Assembly: GCA_963575745.1 (NCBI GenBank)
Contig: CAUYUJ010000254.1
Span: 1 to 64,000 of the forward strand
Direction: 5' to 3'
Source: Prorocentrum cordatum
Taxonomy: Eukaryota
Length of the DNA: 64,000 nt
Shown: piece after piece, positions 13,652 to 26,534 of the stretch
How positions within the stretch are numbered: the first letter of the stretch is position 1
Layout of the letters: every line of letters starts with the position of its first letter
Notes under the pieces: generated by a model
What the model was told of the DNA's origin: nothing
What the model saw: only the letters and a program-made list of their open reading frames with translations
The model's database searches: none
Made by a program: the position numbers and the translations under genes

Positions 13652-13691
13652 GGCTCAAGCCATTTTGTCTCAAACAGGGTGGTGGCTCAAG
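13652..13691 (+). other. Stacked dinoflagellate spliced-leader (DinoSL) relics
   Basis: GGCTCAAG-CCATTTTGTCTCAAA-cagggtgg-TGGCTCAAG compared with DinoSL DCCGTAGCCATTTTGGCTCAAG. It lies 62 nt upstream of the ATG at 13754. Confidence 0.75.
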
Positions 13692-16600
13692 CTGTTTTCA
13701 CCGCAAGCTGTTTTGCCCTCCGTTCGAACCCCACTTTCCATCACAGCGCATCCATGGGCGCCGAGCGCAAGGCCTCTGGCAACACGGGATAATCTCCACC
13801 CGCCCAGGCCACCAAGGTGGACAAACCCATCGAAGTGGTTGAGGATGGTCCACAGCATCTCGATCCCTCTCAGCAAGCCCTCACCAACGCAGTCAGCCAG
13901 GCTGTGTTGGAGGAAATGACGGCGAGGATGCACGCCATGTTCTCGGAGTGCACCACCGCGCAGCAGACCAAGCACGACACCATGCAGAAGCATATCGACA
14001 CCAACCACGCCAACACGACCAGCCAGCTGCAGAGCCTGAGCAACCGGGAGGACACGACGGCGAAGCAGCTGCAGGAGCTGACGACGCAGGTGAGCAGCAC
14101 GCGGGCAAGCGGGCCACCGAGCGGAACGTCAAGCGCCCCGACCACCACGGACCGCGACAAACTCGGATTCGCAAAGGTGAAGCAAAGTTAGACTCCCTGG
14201 TGCCCCTCGTCGTGTCTCACTCTCGCGCGCGCTCGCCGCGTGTCTGCCGCTGTTTGGACCGTGTTTGCGCGGAGCCAATGAAAAAGACGGAGGAAGGGAG
14301 CAGGAGCTAACAGGTCATCGCGACCAGTCTCCAACCGAACGCCTCCGAGTCCGGCGTCGTCGCCCTCATCAAACATGTAGTTTTTGAGCACGACTTCGAC
14401 GACCGGGTCTCCAACATGTCCTGCACAACCGACCCCACCAACTTCGGCATCATGGACGTCAAGGCGATCGCCCGAATAGTAATTGTCCAGAAACTCATCC
14501 AGGGAGCTCAGCCCGCAGCACCAGGCGCCGCACGTCCACTCAAGTTGGGCGGCAACCTGACAAAGGAGGAGTGCCGCGTCGTGAAACACCTAGGCTTCAT
14601 GAAATACCACCTCCGCCATGACTTGCACATCCCACTCGAGCAGATCCACATTAACCGCACGAGCAAGACGGGCAAGGTACTCTACCAAACGGTCGGCACG
14701 CTATCCAACACTGGCGCACCAACCTATACGGACAAGGCGAGTATATCGAAAACAAGGTCGACATCTCCATCAAGGAATGGGTGGCTAAACGCAAATAAAC
14801 TAGAACATGAGACCGCGAGTAGTCTCGATGTTAATTCGATGTCGCACAGTGCTGCAGGGGTTTCGCAACCAAAGGCAGAAGTCGACGAAACTGGTCAACC
14901 ACAGTTTTTCCATAATTCACAAGGGGGCCAGACATAATGTTCAACGTCAAATAGATGTAGGACCGACGTCGGCCCAACCCGCACTTCAACTCCATCCCAG
15001 GACCTGATGCGATCACCTCCCGTCAGGAACCCTGCAGATACGATGCCACCGGCAATGCCGACACACCTATTCTGCAGGGGTGGAGGGAGGTCCGACTACA
15101 GCGGCGCCCATGGAGACGTGCCCATCAGTATTCTGACGTGTGATGTTCCACGGCTACGTTCTCACCCAACCAGGAGATCACCGATTCCAGACCACCCACA
15201 CAAGCGCCCAACTACTGTGCACCATTACCACTATTACGATCACAAGCACACGAGGAACCACTAGCACTACACCAATCATCGCCCTCCCGGCAACAACGAC
15301 CGCGACGCCAAGAGCCATTGCAACCATCGCCGGCAGCATCCAACGACGACCATGCAGCCAGGACAACGATGACCATGCGGTCCTCCAAGCACAACGTGGG
15401 CGACAAGCCCCCGTCACTCCACTTGACGGTTATGCACGAGAACGCAAGATCATTCGAGTCCGACCGCCATGTGGGCGAGCTTATCAACGATTTCGAGCGC
15501 CAGCGCTGTGGTTGTGCCGTGATCAACAAGACATGGCGCGCATGCTAGGAGGAGCTCTGGACCGCAAAGGGCGGCCGCGTATTCGCCGGGGCAGGCGACG
15601 ACATTGCGGTGCATGAGCGATGGACAAAACTCTTACGCCTGTTCGAAACGCCGCGAATTGCGACTTCAATTTGTCTCCGCGTACTTTCCGCACTCAGGCT
15701 ACATAGGCAGCCGCGCGACGTGCTCCGCGACGTGCACGCGCGATGCGAACGACCCAACGCACGCCCCATCATCGGCGCTGACTTCAACGCCCAAGTCGGC
15801 CAACGCGACGGTGCTGGATTTTTCGACCCGGAGGAGAATCGACGCAGTGTCGCATCGCGATGTGTTGGCCTTTGCGGTTGCGGCGAGTAGAGCAGCAGAG
15901 GGCAACGGCTCCGACGCCGGGCCACGCAACAAGGTCTTGTACTTACCTACGCGTTCTTCCGCAATCCGACGCCCGAGCAGATCGCGTGCACATCCAGCTA
16001 GCATGCCAGCAAGATCGACTACATCCTCGTGAGCCGCGCCTTCTTTCAATGCTGTGTTGATGCTGAGGGCAACAGCAGAGTCGATCTCGGCTCAGATCTC
16101 AATGCGCTCATCATCAAACCCCAGCCTCCGCCCGTGCTCTGGCAGCGACTCGCGCCGGCCCGCGCGACGGCGCCGACGACCCACGAGGCGACCGGCAGTG
16201 CCGGCGGGGGGGGGGGCAACCGTGGCCTAGTGTGGACAGACATCAATGCCGACGCCAGCAGCAGACGCGGCGCCGTACATCAACAAGCGCCTCATAGACA
16301 AGACCAGGCGATCTCAGCAGCCAGGTTGAAGAAATCATCCTCGGCTCCGTCCCACTAGACGCGACTACAAGATCACCGTGCACCAGTGCCCAGACGCGCT
16401 CTTACGAAGTCCGCCCTCAACAACTGATCTAACAGCGGCGCTCGACGACCAGCTCCGACCATCACCAGCGACGACGACTCAGCAAAGACATACTGAAGGA
16501 GCTCCGCCACATCAAGCGCTGCGCCAGGCGCGAACAAGTAGCAACGATACTTGCCAGATTCCGTGGCCTCAAGACGATCGCGCAAATCGCGACGCTCAGA

Positions 16601-18710
16601 AAATGACACCTGATCGCGCGGATGACCGACGGACTCGGCCGCGCGTGGACCGCGAGAGAGCAGATCGCGAACGCGTTCGCCGACTTCTACGAGGCTCTCT
16701 ACCTCTCGACCAACCAATCGCCGCCACAAGCAATCTCGCACCCACCAGTGCAACCCTTCTTTGGAGAAGGGCTTGACAAGGCTAGCGCGCAACTGACGAG
16801 AGGAAGAGCTCGCGACAACAGAGGCATCAGCGCGGTGATGCTCACATATTCCTGCGACGACCTCGAGGCGGCCTTTCTCCACCTCCCTGGCGCCGCGCGG
16901 CAGCCGGCGGCTCCGACTCCAGAGGAGTGGAGACAGACCATCGTCGTTGTAATTCCCAAGTCCGGGGACCTCGCGCTCCCAAGCAGCCGCCGACCGATGC
17001 GTGGCATGCCTATGCTATGCAAGCTGTGCAGCCAGTTACTCTGCAACCGACTCCAGCCAATTCTCCACGCCCACCAAACGCCTGATCACGGAGGCTTCCG
17101 GCCCGGGCACTCTACGACGGACAGCTTTCCTACGTCCAACTTCTACGACAACGGGCGCGCGAGTGGCGACAGAGTCTATGGGTGCCTGCTCTTGATTTCA
17201 AGAAGGCCTTCGACTCGGTCGAGCACGACGGCGTTTGGCAATCCTTGCGAGCCGAAGGCGTCGAGCCAGGGTGCATCGCCATGCTGCAACCGATTTGCCG
17301 CGACCAGACAGCCACAGTGCGCGCTGAAATTGACGGCTGGCCATTCTCCCTCCGCCGCGGGACGTGACAGGAAGATCCTCTCAGCTCGCTGATCTTCAAT
17401 GCCGTGCTGCAGCGCGTCGCGGCACCCTCGACGACAAAATGGCGGGGCGTCCGCCGCGGCATCCAACGCAGCGACGCCAGCTCCAGTAGTCTCACAATCT
17501 GCGATTCGCAGATGACGCGTTACTGATGGCCCCAATCCTACCACGACTCGCCGAGATGCTCGCCGACGTCGTTGCTGCAGCCGCGGCCCGCGGGCACGAA
17601 CAACACCCGGCGAAGACAGATATCGTGATCATTTCGACTGGGCGCGCAGGCCGAGCGTGCGCGCGATCAGTCAACGTGCGCGGCGTGGAAAACGCGGTTT
17701 CACCGCGCGACGGGGAATTCCAGTGCCTCGGGCAGACCATCGCATTCAAGCAGCCAGTGGCGGTGGAGCTGCCGCGCCGGATCAGATGCGCATGGGCCGC
17801 GCCCGCGCGCCGCCGGCAGGAGCTCGCGAGCAGCGGCTGCCCGCTGCAGCGCCGACTCCAGCTCTTCGACGCCGCTGTGACTCCGACGGCGTTGCGCGGA
17901 GGGGGCGCGCGGGCGTTCGCGGAGTCCATGAAGCGACGGCTCAACACCGCACAGCGAAGACATATCATAATGGTATCAGCGCGCCGCGACGCCAGAATAA
18001 CCGCCGCGACGAGCACGCCTCGCAGGCTACGACCACTTGGCCAAACCATTTCTCGGACAGCAGTTGCGCCACATCCGCGGCTTCTACTCCAGCGACTGCC
18101 AGTGCATCTACCACTGCGTCCTCTGACGGTGACGTCGGCAGCAGCCCCGGCGGGCCCGAACTCCCCGAGACGGTCGATCTGTCCGACCCGATTGCCGGTG
18201 ACTTTGCTGAGCCGCGGCTCGACTTTATCCGCCGCGCAGCACGCGGGGCGAATTATTTTATGGGCCTTCGCGACATGCGGCCATGGGTCACGAAACAGCG
18301 ACGACTTCTGTGGAGACAGGCCCACGCAATAGCCCGTCACAGCGCCACCCGATGGACCCGACAATTTGCTCGCTGGCATCCTGCTCTGGTTGCGGGGCGA
18401 CGAGGACAGCGCCAGCAAGGTCGACGACCGCAGCGGTGGAGGGGCGAAATGCGCGACTGCATGCGCCAGCGGATTGCGACCACGCGCGCGAACGACGGTG
18501 TGACTGACGCCACGAATGATTTTGCGGGGGTCCGCACAGCCTCCGACGCAACCACCTGGGTGAGAATGGAGTCCGATTTCATTTCATCGACGTGAGCTCA
18601 GCACCCGCGCGCGGCCAAGTTACCTGCCAGCGCGACGCCGACCGACATCGGCGCCAGAACCAGCTCCAGCAGGGAAGCGCGCTAGTGCTGCCTTTTTTTT
18701 TTGCTTTCCC
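13652..18710 (+). mobile_element. Degenerate non-LTR retrotransposon (LINE, RTE-like): ORF1 + apurinic endonuclease + reverse transcriptase
   Basis: ORF1 starts at ATG 13754 with an in-frame stop at 13790 and a coiled-coil-like segment. Endonuclease motifs: VSAYFPHSG (~15670), IIGADFNAQVG (~15770), KIDYILV (~16010). RT motifs: PEEW..T..VVIPKSGD (~16920), GFRPG.ST.D (~17095), LDFKKAFDSVEH (~17190), NLRFADD (17496-17516). RTE-like C-terminus W..MESDF (~18560). Many frameshifts and stops. Confidence 0.9.
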
Positions 18711-20849
18711 CAGCGCGCGTGCGCATAGAGAGGTTGCGACCTCCGCGCTCCGGCTCAAGGGGGCGCGGGCCATGTCCTGATGAGAGTGCGAATGCGATTG
18801 CGAATGCGAGTTGGGGGGGCCTTCCGTGCATCTCGATGCCTCTCTCGGCGTTTTTGGGGTGGGCGAGAGCACTTGTTTAATCGCTTCGCTCATTTGGAAT
18901 CCACTGCCCCTCTGGTCTGAGGCAGTTGTATAGGAGGGGGAACAGGGGACAGAGTGTGTACACAGCTTGGAGGAATTAGTGAATTCAGTATGGGTCGGGC
19001 TTGAGGCGCCTCGAAGAAAGCGGGCGCGCCCGAATCGCAAGCATGTGGCTATATGCGGACCCGAGACAGTTTGCTTCCCGTCATCGTCTTCGCCCTTGCT
19101 CCGTTCCCCTTCCTACCTCCCGTCCCCTGGATGGTGTCGAAAGCGCCCGCGGCTCGGGCGGGGGAGCACCCCTTCTCACCCCCCTCATTATTCCTCGTTC
19201 CTTTTTGCCTCCCTGCTCCACCGTCCGTCGTCCTACCTCTTCTTCCATCCTTGTTCGAAAAGTAAGGTCCCTGGTGCCGCGTGCCCGTGTCAGCGGTATA
19301 TCGCTTTTTCGATGTCCGAGCACAGCGGCGCCACCAAACAGAGGCGATTGCCAGTGCGAGCGTTCGGGGCGCGCGCCAAACGCGGGCGGCACGGCCGCCG
19401 AGCACAGTCGCATCGCTAACGTGTAAATTATAGGTGCCTGCGGCAAGGTCCGCCCCCTTGCCAGAGCAGTGGTCTGTATGGCGACGCGTGGAGCTTTGAT
19501 TGCTAAGAGGTCCATGGCATGTGACACCTCTCGTGTTTTCGGGCTGCTGTGCGGCATTCGCTGGGGTCCTCCGAGGCCTTTTCGGTGCGTTTTCGGGCCG
19601 TTTGGGCCCGCTTGGGCGCCGCGTTTCACCGCGGCCGCCCTGGGCCAGGGAAGCGTGTATTTGCAGCTCCCTCGGGGGCGCCCTGTGCCGGTGAAGTGTG
19701 TATTTGCATCCCCCCCTAGCTGGGCATGTCGACTTCGGTTCTGGGTTGGCAAAGTCGGGGCGCCCTCGAGGTGGCGAGCGTTCACCTTTTCGGAATACAC
19801 AGATCAAGGTGTGATCTGTGTACACAGTTTTTGTTTTCAATTGTGTATTTTCGTGCGTGGGCCTCCTGTTTACACAGATCGTGGTGTGATCTGTGTGCGC
19901 AGATCTCGTTCCCATCTGTGTATTTGGAGTGTGCGCCTCGCGGATGGTGTTGACTGGGCGGAAACTTTCACGTTTCTCTTTCGGCTGGTCCACGGGGGGC
20001 GTCGTACGCGGTCGAAATGCACAGTTCGTGTCTCCAACTGTGCATCTGTTGCGCGCCGCTTGCTGGAGTGGTCGCTGGGCAGGAGTTTCCGCTGGTCTCC
20101 CGGCTGGTCCAGGAGGGGGCAGTGGTCTGGCATGCAAAGGCGCGGGGGGGGGGGGGATGGTGGGCTGTGGGAATGAAGGGGTTCCATTGGAGGGGTGGCC
20201 GAGGGGCCAGGGATGAACGGGACTGGACGAGAGGGGAGGAAACGGGCACAGGAGGAGCTGCATGATCGGCGTCAGCATCACGAGGGCGAGGGAGGCGGGG
20301 GGGGGGGCAGAAGGAGGGGGCAGGATGTGCACTAGGGCGTAGAGGATGCAAGGCGGGCAGGCGTGTGGACGATGGGGGAACGAATCGGGCGGGGGAGGGC
20401 GACGAGGGACGACATGAATTGGCACATGGGGTAACAGTGTGGATGAGGGGCATGCTGAGGACCAAGGGTAATCGGAGGGGCATCAGGAGAGTGGGCCGAA
20501 GCGAAGGGATATTGGGGGGCGGCGGGGGATGGGGCATCAGTTCGAGGCGGGCGCCAGCTAGCGATTAGCTGAACAGTGTTCTCCGCGTTCGTGCGCCCCC
20601 CCCCAGAACACAATGACCAGTTGCAGAACTGCGTGATCTGGGTCATCGTGCGTTTCGTGATTCCTTGCCAAAGGCTCGAGTCCACGACGCCCCTTGGCGT
20701 CGCGTTGATGCCGCCCCGATTTGCCCCGCCGCATATGCACTGATCGGCATAGTATGTGTTTCAACGTTTGTTTCATGACCCTCTCTACAGTAACAGACCC
20801 ACGCTGGAAACCAATTGCTCATTTCGCTGGACCACTTCGCATCGCGATT

Positions 20850-23720
20850 GCTAGATGGTGGCGTTCTCCTGCCCGCGGGGACAGGTGGGGCAGGTGGGGC
20901 TGTCGTCGAGGTGGGGGAAGGCGCGGGCGCGGCGAAGGCCAGGGACAGGCCAATTCGCAGCTGGATGCCTCCCTCGCTGCCCTGCAGGGCCAGTTCAAGC
21001 AGCTCACTGTGGATAACACCAAGCATGAGAAGCAGTTGGCTGCCGCGCGGACCAGCGCGGCGGGAGGCCCCCCCGCGCCTTGGACGGCCGAGGCCAAAGG
21101 TGAGGGAAAGACGGAGCTCGAGCGACTCACTGAAGAAAGAACTGGTTGGAGGGTGTTTTCTTTGACGGCGAAAAGCCCGACTGGCTGCAGCAGGAGCTCG
21201 CCCAGTGCGACAGGGAGATTGCAGCGGCGCGCTGGGCTCGTGACAGGGCCGAGCCGATATCCGTGCAGTTGCGAGATGCCAGCTGCCAGTCCGCGAAGGC
21301 CACCGCGCAGCGGGTGGCGGCCGAGGCGCGCGATGCCCTGGCGAAGGCGGTGGAGCGGGAGTCAGCCGCCGAGCAGCGGGAGACGGAGGCCAGGTCCCAC
21401 GAGTTGGAGATTCAGGCCAGGATTGCGGTCGAGAGGCCCAAGTCGGCCGTCGCGGACGTGGGCTTGCGGCGCTCGAGGGGTTGGCTGAGCAGGCTGGCAC
21501 CTCCCTCGAGGCGCTGGGCCTCGCCTCGGGCCTCGCGCAGGTTGGCGAGCGGGGCCGCGGCCATTCCTGCTGCTCCTGCTGCTGGTGTGCCAGTTGGGCC
21601 ACGGGGCGGCGGCCAGCCTGCAGATGCAGCACCTCGCGGTGCAGGGGTCGCAGACGGCGGCGTGGCAGTTGACCAAGAAGCAGGGCCAGAAGACGTCATG
21701 GAGGAAGAGAAGGCCTGGCTGGTGGGGGGATCCGAGGTGCCCGACAAGGACCAGCAGCCCGAGGAGCACAAACGGTACTTGGAGGTGCTCCGGATCCAGC
21801 ATGTCTACAACCTGAAGCGCCAGAGATGTGGGTAGTGGTCAGGCGTATCTGGTGCTAAACGGGTCGGCTTTCGGCGTGCCCTTGTAGCCGCTGCGGGCAG
21901 GGGTGGTGCAGTGCCTGCGCAGCCTGAACAAGGTTCCAGCCTGGGAAGGTGAAGACTGGGGCCCCGAGGGGTGGCGCGCGCGACCTGAGGGTGGCGGTGC
22001 CGAGAAGGCTAGCGGCGCAGCCAGCCATTCTCTCGGAGTTGCTCTGCATTCTGGGGGCGGAGGGTTGTATAATGCTGGAGCTGCGGACCAGGTCTCGGCG
22101 GGCGAGTTTGCTGCGGCTGCGCCTGCGGGCAGCTGGCTGGGCGCGGCGGCGGCGCCGGCGGCCGCGCCTGGCTCCCCGCCTCGGGGTCGCCGAGGAGGCG
22201 CGCGGCCCATCGGCGATGAGCCTCGTGCTGTGCGGGGAGGGCTTGCGAGGGTGTGCCGAGGTGCTGATTTGCAGGCAGCAGCGTGGCGTTGTCCGTCCAC
22301 CGCTGCGGAAGGCGCCGCGGGGGAAGTGGCTCACCCCATGGACCTTCGACGGGTCTAGTTTGGGCACTGTCAAGGAGAAGAAGCTGCCGGGGCCCAGTGA
22401 CGGCGAGACGCGGCGCGTCCACGCGGTGCAGGAGCACCGCCTCACGGGCGACAAGTGGGCAGGCGTCGCCTTCAGAATGAAGGCGCAGGGGTGCCGGTTG
22501 GGTGGCGTCCCCGCAGTGGCCGCAGGTGGGCAGTCGGGGGGGCCAGGTGCCTCTGCGGGGCGGTGGAGCGCGCGGAGCTGCGGGCCTTCCTCAAGGGGCT
22601 GGAGGCGGTGCTTCCGCCGCGCAGGATCTACGCGGACCATGGGGGCATCCTGGGCGGGCTGGTGCGAGGGGCCAGGTGGCGCCTCAGCTGGAAGCGGCCA
22701 CGTGCCGACCTGTGGCGGCGAAATGGGCGCGTGCCGGCGGGCGTCGGCGCGGGGCTCGACCGGGCGCATCGCGTGAAGGCGCATCGCGCAAAGCAGGCGA
22801 TGGGGCAGCTCGAGGGGCACGAGAGGCAGATTTCGCAGGGCAATGAGGCCGTGGATTTGCTGGCCAAGCGAGGGGGCGAGGGGGGCTGCGGCTTCGGCGA
22901 GCAGGGGGCGCTCTCGTCACTGGGAGAGCGTGTGCAGTGGGCTATCCAGAACGTGGGCTGGTGGCACCAGGAGATGAAAGGCGAGTGGCCAGATGCCCCG
23001 ACGCGGCTGCCTGGTGCGCGACGAAGGCAGCTGCCCAAGCCGCGCATCTCCCTCGCGTTGCACGAGGTGGAGCAGCGCGGCCGCTGGCAGGTGCGCGCGC
23101 GGTGCGGCGAGCGGGCAGCCGCGGCGCGCATGCGGGAGAAGCTGTGGGGGGGGGGGTGCGCCGCCCGCCGCCGTGGCGAGCGGAGGGGCCGACGGCGCCA
23201 AATTCTCAGGCGGGCTCGGTGGAGGTTCGAGTGAGCCAGGGGCGGAGCGCGGTGCAGCAGGCCCATGCCGCCAGGTCGGTGCCTTCGCGCAGTGCGCCTT
23301 CAGCTGGTGCAGCGGCGGCCGTGGCGGCTGCTGCAGCGGCGCTGGCAGCGGGCTGCAGCGGCAGCGAAGGCCCCGGCGCGGAGGGCGGCAGCAGGTGGAG
23401 GAAGAGGTCTTGTTCGCCAAGGGCCAGGGAAGGTGGCGCTGAGGAGGCGCCAGCGTTGGCATCGTCACCGCCCGAGCAGCCTGATGAGAGGAGGCAGCGC
23501 GTCGTGCAGGTCTGTGGGCCCTATGTTGTCTGTCGCGCGTGCGGTGCGCGTGCTGCTCAGAGGCGTGGCGGGCTGGTCAAGGGGTGCGCGGGGCCCCTGC
23601 CAGAGTGGAAGGCTGGCTCTGGTCTGATGCGAAGCGGGTGCGACGGGATCGGCTCCCGCGTGGTCTGTGCCCACAGACAGGGGGGCCGCTTCCTGCTGTT
23701 CTGGGGCCAGTGCAGCGTGG
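20850..23720 (+). mobile_element. Degenerate retroelement remnant: coiled-coil ORF1-like region + RNase H + Cys-motif C-terminus
   Basis: RNase H motifs: FDGS (~22345), RAELRAF (~22570), IYAD..G...GL.RG, RADLW, RVKAH, GNEAVDLLAKRG (~22838). Downstream CxxC motifs (VVCRACG ~23530). Frameshifted, with no recognisable RT. Confidence 0.75.
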
Positions 23721-25304
23721 AGGCGTAGCGCAGCGCTGAGGCCGTGGTGAGGCTGCCCGCGCGTGGGTGTTCCTGTCGTAGAACGGCGTGGGCCGTGCCC
23801 AGCGTGGCTGAAGCGTGGTGGGGGGCCTCTGCTGGGACCCGGCGGGGCCTATGAGGGAACAACGAGAAACCAACGTAAGCTTTTTGGGGGTCTATTGGGG
23901 CGCGCTAGGGGCTTCCTGGGCGCCTCTTGAGGCCGAGAGCTCGAAATGTCTGTTCGGGTTCTCCTTCTGGGCCTCTCTTGTGAGGCCGTCGTGGAGGCGT
24001 CTTGGGCCGCCTCTGGGCCATCTTGGGCCATTTGGGGGCCGTCTTGGAGGCTTTTTGTGCCGCGGCCCGCGCGTGGGTGTTTTATTTGTAGAGCGTGGGC
24101 CGTGCCCCGCGTGGCTGAAGCGTTGTGGAGGGCCTCTGCTGGGACTTAGCGGGGCCTGTGAGGGAGCCAAAAGCAAGGGCTTCTTGTGCCGCGGTTGGTA
24201 GCTCGAAAAGGCAGCATCGCCACATATGGTCCGAAAACCATAGCAAAATCAATGATTATTGCGTCTGCGGGGCCTCTCGAAGTCCTCTTGGGGCCCTCCT
24301 GGAGCGCCTTGGGCGCTTCTTGGCCGCCTCGGGACCAACGTGGGTCATCTTGGAAAGCTCTTGGCCTGAGGTCGTGGGGCGTGCCTACCTTTTGGCGCCT
24401 CCTTGGGGCGCTCGGGGGGCCCGGGGCCGCGCCCAGGAGTTCGGGCATCTCTGATCCGACCTTGCCGGGGCGTTCCCAGGACCTTGCTGAGACCTTGTCA
24501 GCACCCTGCCGGGACCTTGCCGGGAACTCGTCGGGACCTTGCGGGTCTTTTTTTCGTCTGCGGACTCCCAGGGGCCGTCGCGCGTGCGCGAACTAGAAAC
24601 ATTTTTCGGTCTTGCCGGATATTTTTGCACACCTCCGGCTCAATGGGCTGGCGAGTTTCGTCACTGAAAACGCGGAATATTTAGCCGACGTTTCGGGGCT
24701 TTCGGGAGCTTCCGAGAGAGGTTCTTACATGCCCTTTGGAGCTTGTCGAACTCCTCGTGGCTTCTTGGGTCGATTTTGACGGCTGATGAATCCCGCGCTG
24801 TCCCTTTCTGAACAGTCGTGGAAGCCATCTTGGCCGCCTGGGAGGTCTTAGAGGGTGCCTGGGTGGCGCCAGGACGCCCAGGGGACCCTCGGAAGGGGGC
24901 GGATCTGCGCGCGTGGATGCCGCCTGCAGGACTCCCCCTCCCACTAAGGGCTTGACGACTTTTCTCAAAGCGACATGCGGGGAGCAGGCCACACAAACCG
25001 AGGCAGATCCCGGGATATCGGGGTACGTCCAGATACGCTTAGGTAGATCTGGACATCCAGAAGGAAGTCTGGAGCACATCGTGGGCGCTCCAGCGCGAGC
25101 CAAGGGAGGCCCCCTCCAAGCGAGGCTTCGGGTGGGGGGACCAGTGGACGTGCTGAAATAAGAGAACGGACCCATAAGATCCAGCGGGGAGAATTCATGT
25201 CCCCAGCCGTAAGTCGGGCGTGTACCCTCTACAGGAGGAATAGTCAAACATAGTTTTGTTTGTTGTTTTTGTTGTCATTTTTTTGTTGCTTGTGTTTTTT
25301 TTTG

Positions 25305-26430
25305 GTTTATTATTATTATTATGTGCATATATACATATACATATGAATATTATGATTGGTAGTGCTCGTGCAATTTTTGAGTATTTTGTATTTTCCTTTT
25401 CAAAATCCCCCTGTGGGGGGACACGCCCGACTTAACTCTAGCCGTGATCTTCGAGGCGGGGGATCTATCCATATCCACCTCCCGTGGAACCGACGTCCTG
25501 GGAGTCAAGCGAGCGGTGGACATGGACACGCTTGGCCCCCCCCAGGGCCCGAATCTAGCCATACCCACCGCCTGCCGACGTCCCCGAAGGCCGACCTCTG
25601 GCAGAACCCGCCAAGCCTCTGGCCAGGCCCTCCTCCAGCTCAGGATGTTGGCGCTCGGGCGCCCCTCCCCTCAGCGCGCGGGCTCTGCGCCGGCTCGGAG
25701 GGCGCCAACTGCGACCGCGCCGATCCTGGCCTGGCCAATGCTGGGCCCAGGTCCTCGTCGTCCTCCTCCTCCTTCTTCCTCACCTCCTCCTCCTCCTCCT
25801 TCTTCACTTCCTCCTCTTACTCCTCCTCCTCCTTCTTCACTTCCTCCTCCTCCTCCTCCTCCTCCTCCTCCTGGGCCCAGGGTCGGTGAATGTGCCTCTT
25901 CGCGCCAACCGCGCCACGCCAGGATGACGTAAGCACCGATCCTGGGCCCAGGATGGGCCTGGCCAGTCCGGGGAACCGATGCCGCAAGCAACATCGGAAC
26001 ATTGTCAACAAAACCGGAGCACTGTCAAAGAACCGCGACCGGGGCCCCAGACCCTATTATTCTGCTGTATTTTCAGAGCCAGATCCATCTGAGCGACGAT
26101 AAACAGCGGGTCTTTACGCGATTTTGCACGCGGCGGCGTGCGCGGGCCGCCGGCGTGGCACGCCACACTGGGGACGAGGGCGCTTACGCGCGACCTTACG
26201 CGGGCAGCTTGCGCGCCACTGCCGGCGCAGACGACCCCGTTTGTCTGCGTCGCTCACTGGGATCTGATCCCGGGGCCCGAAACCGGGCGAGAGAGCGCCC
26301 AGTGTCAGGATCTCAAGGAGGGTGGGTTCATACGGTCGGGAATCTTGGCTCAGCGTGTAGCTCTGCTGGTCCTGGCCCACCACGCTTCGGCGCGACACGC
26401 TGTCCACATCTTGGTTTATTATTATTATTA

Positions 26431-26479
<49 letters not shown>

Positions 26480-26500
26480 CATCATTATTATTATTTATTC

Positions 26501-26534
<34 letters not shown>

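Noticed and set aside
18751..18759. GGCTCAAG as an SL relic
   Set aside because: Only 8 nt match, with no CCATTTT part and no downstream ORF; expected by chance.
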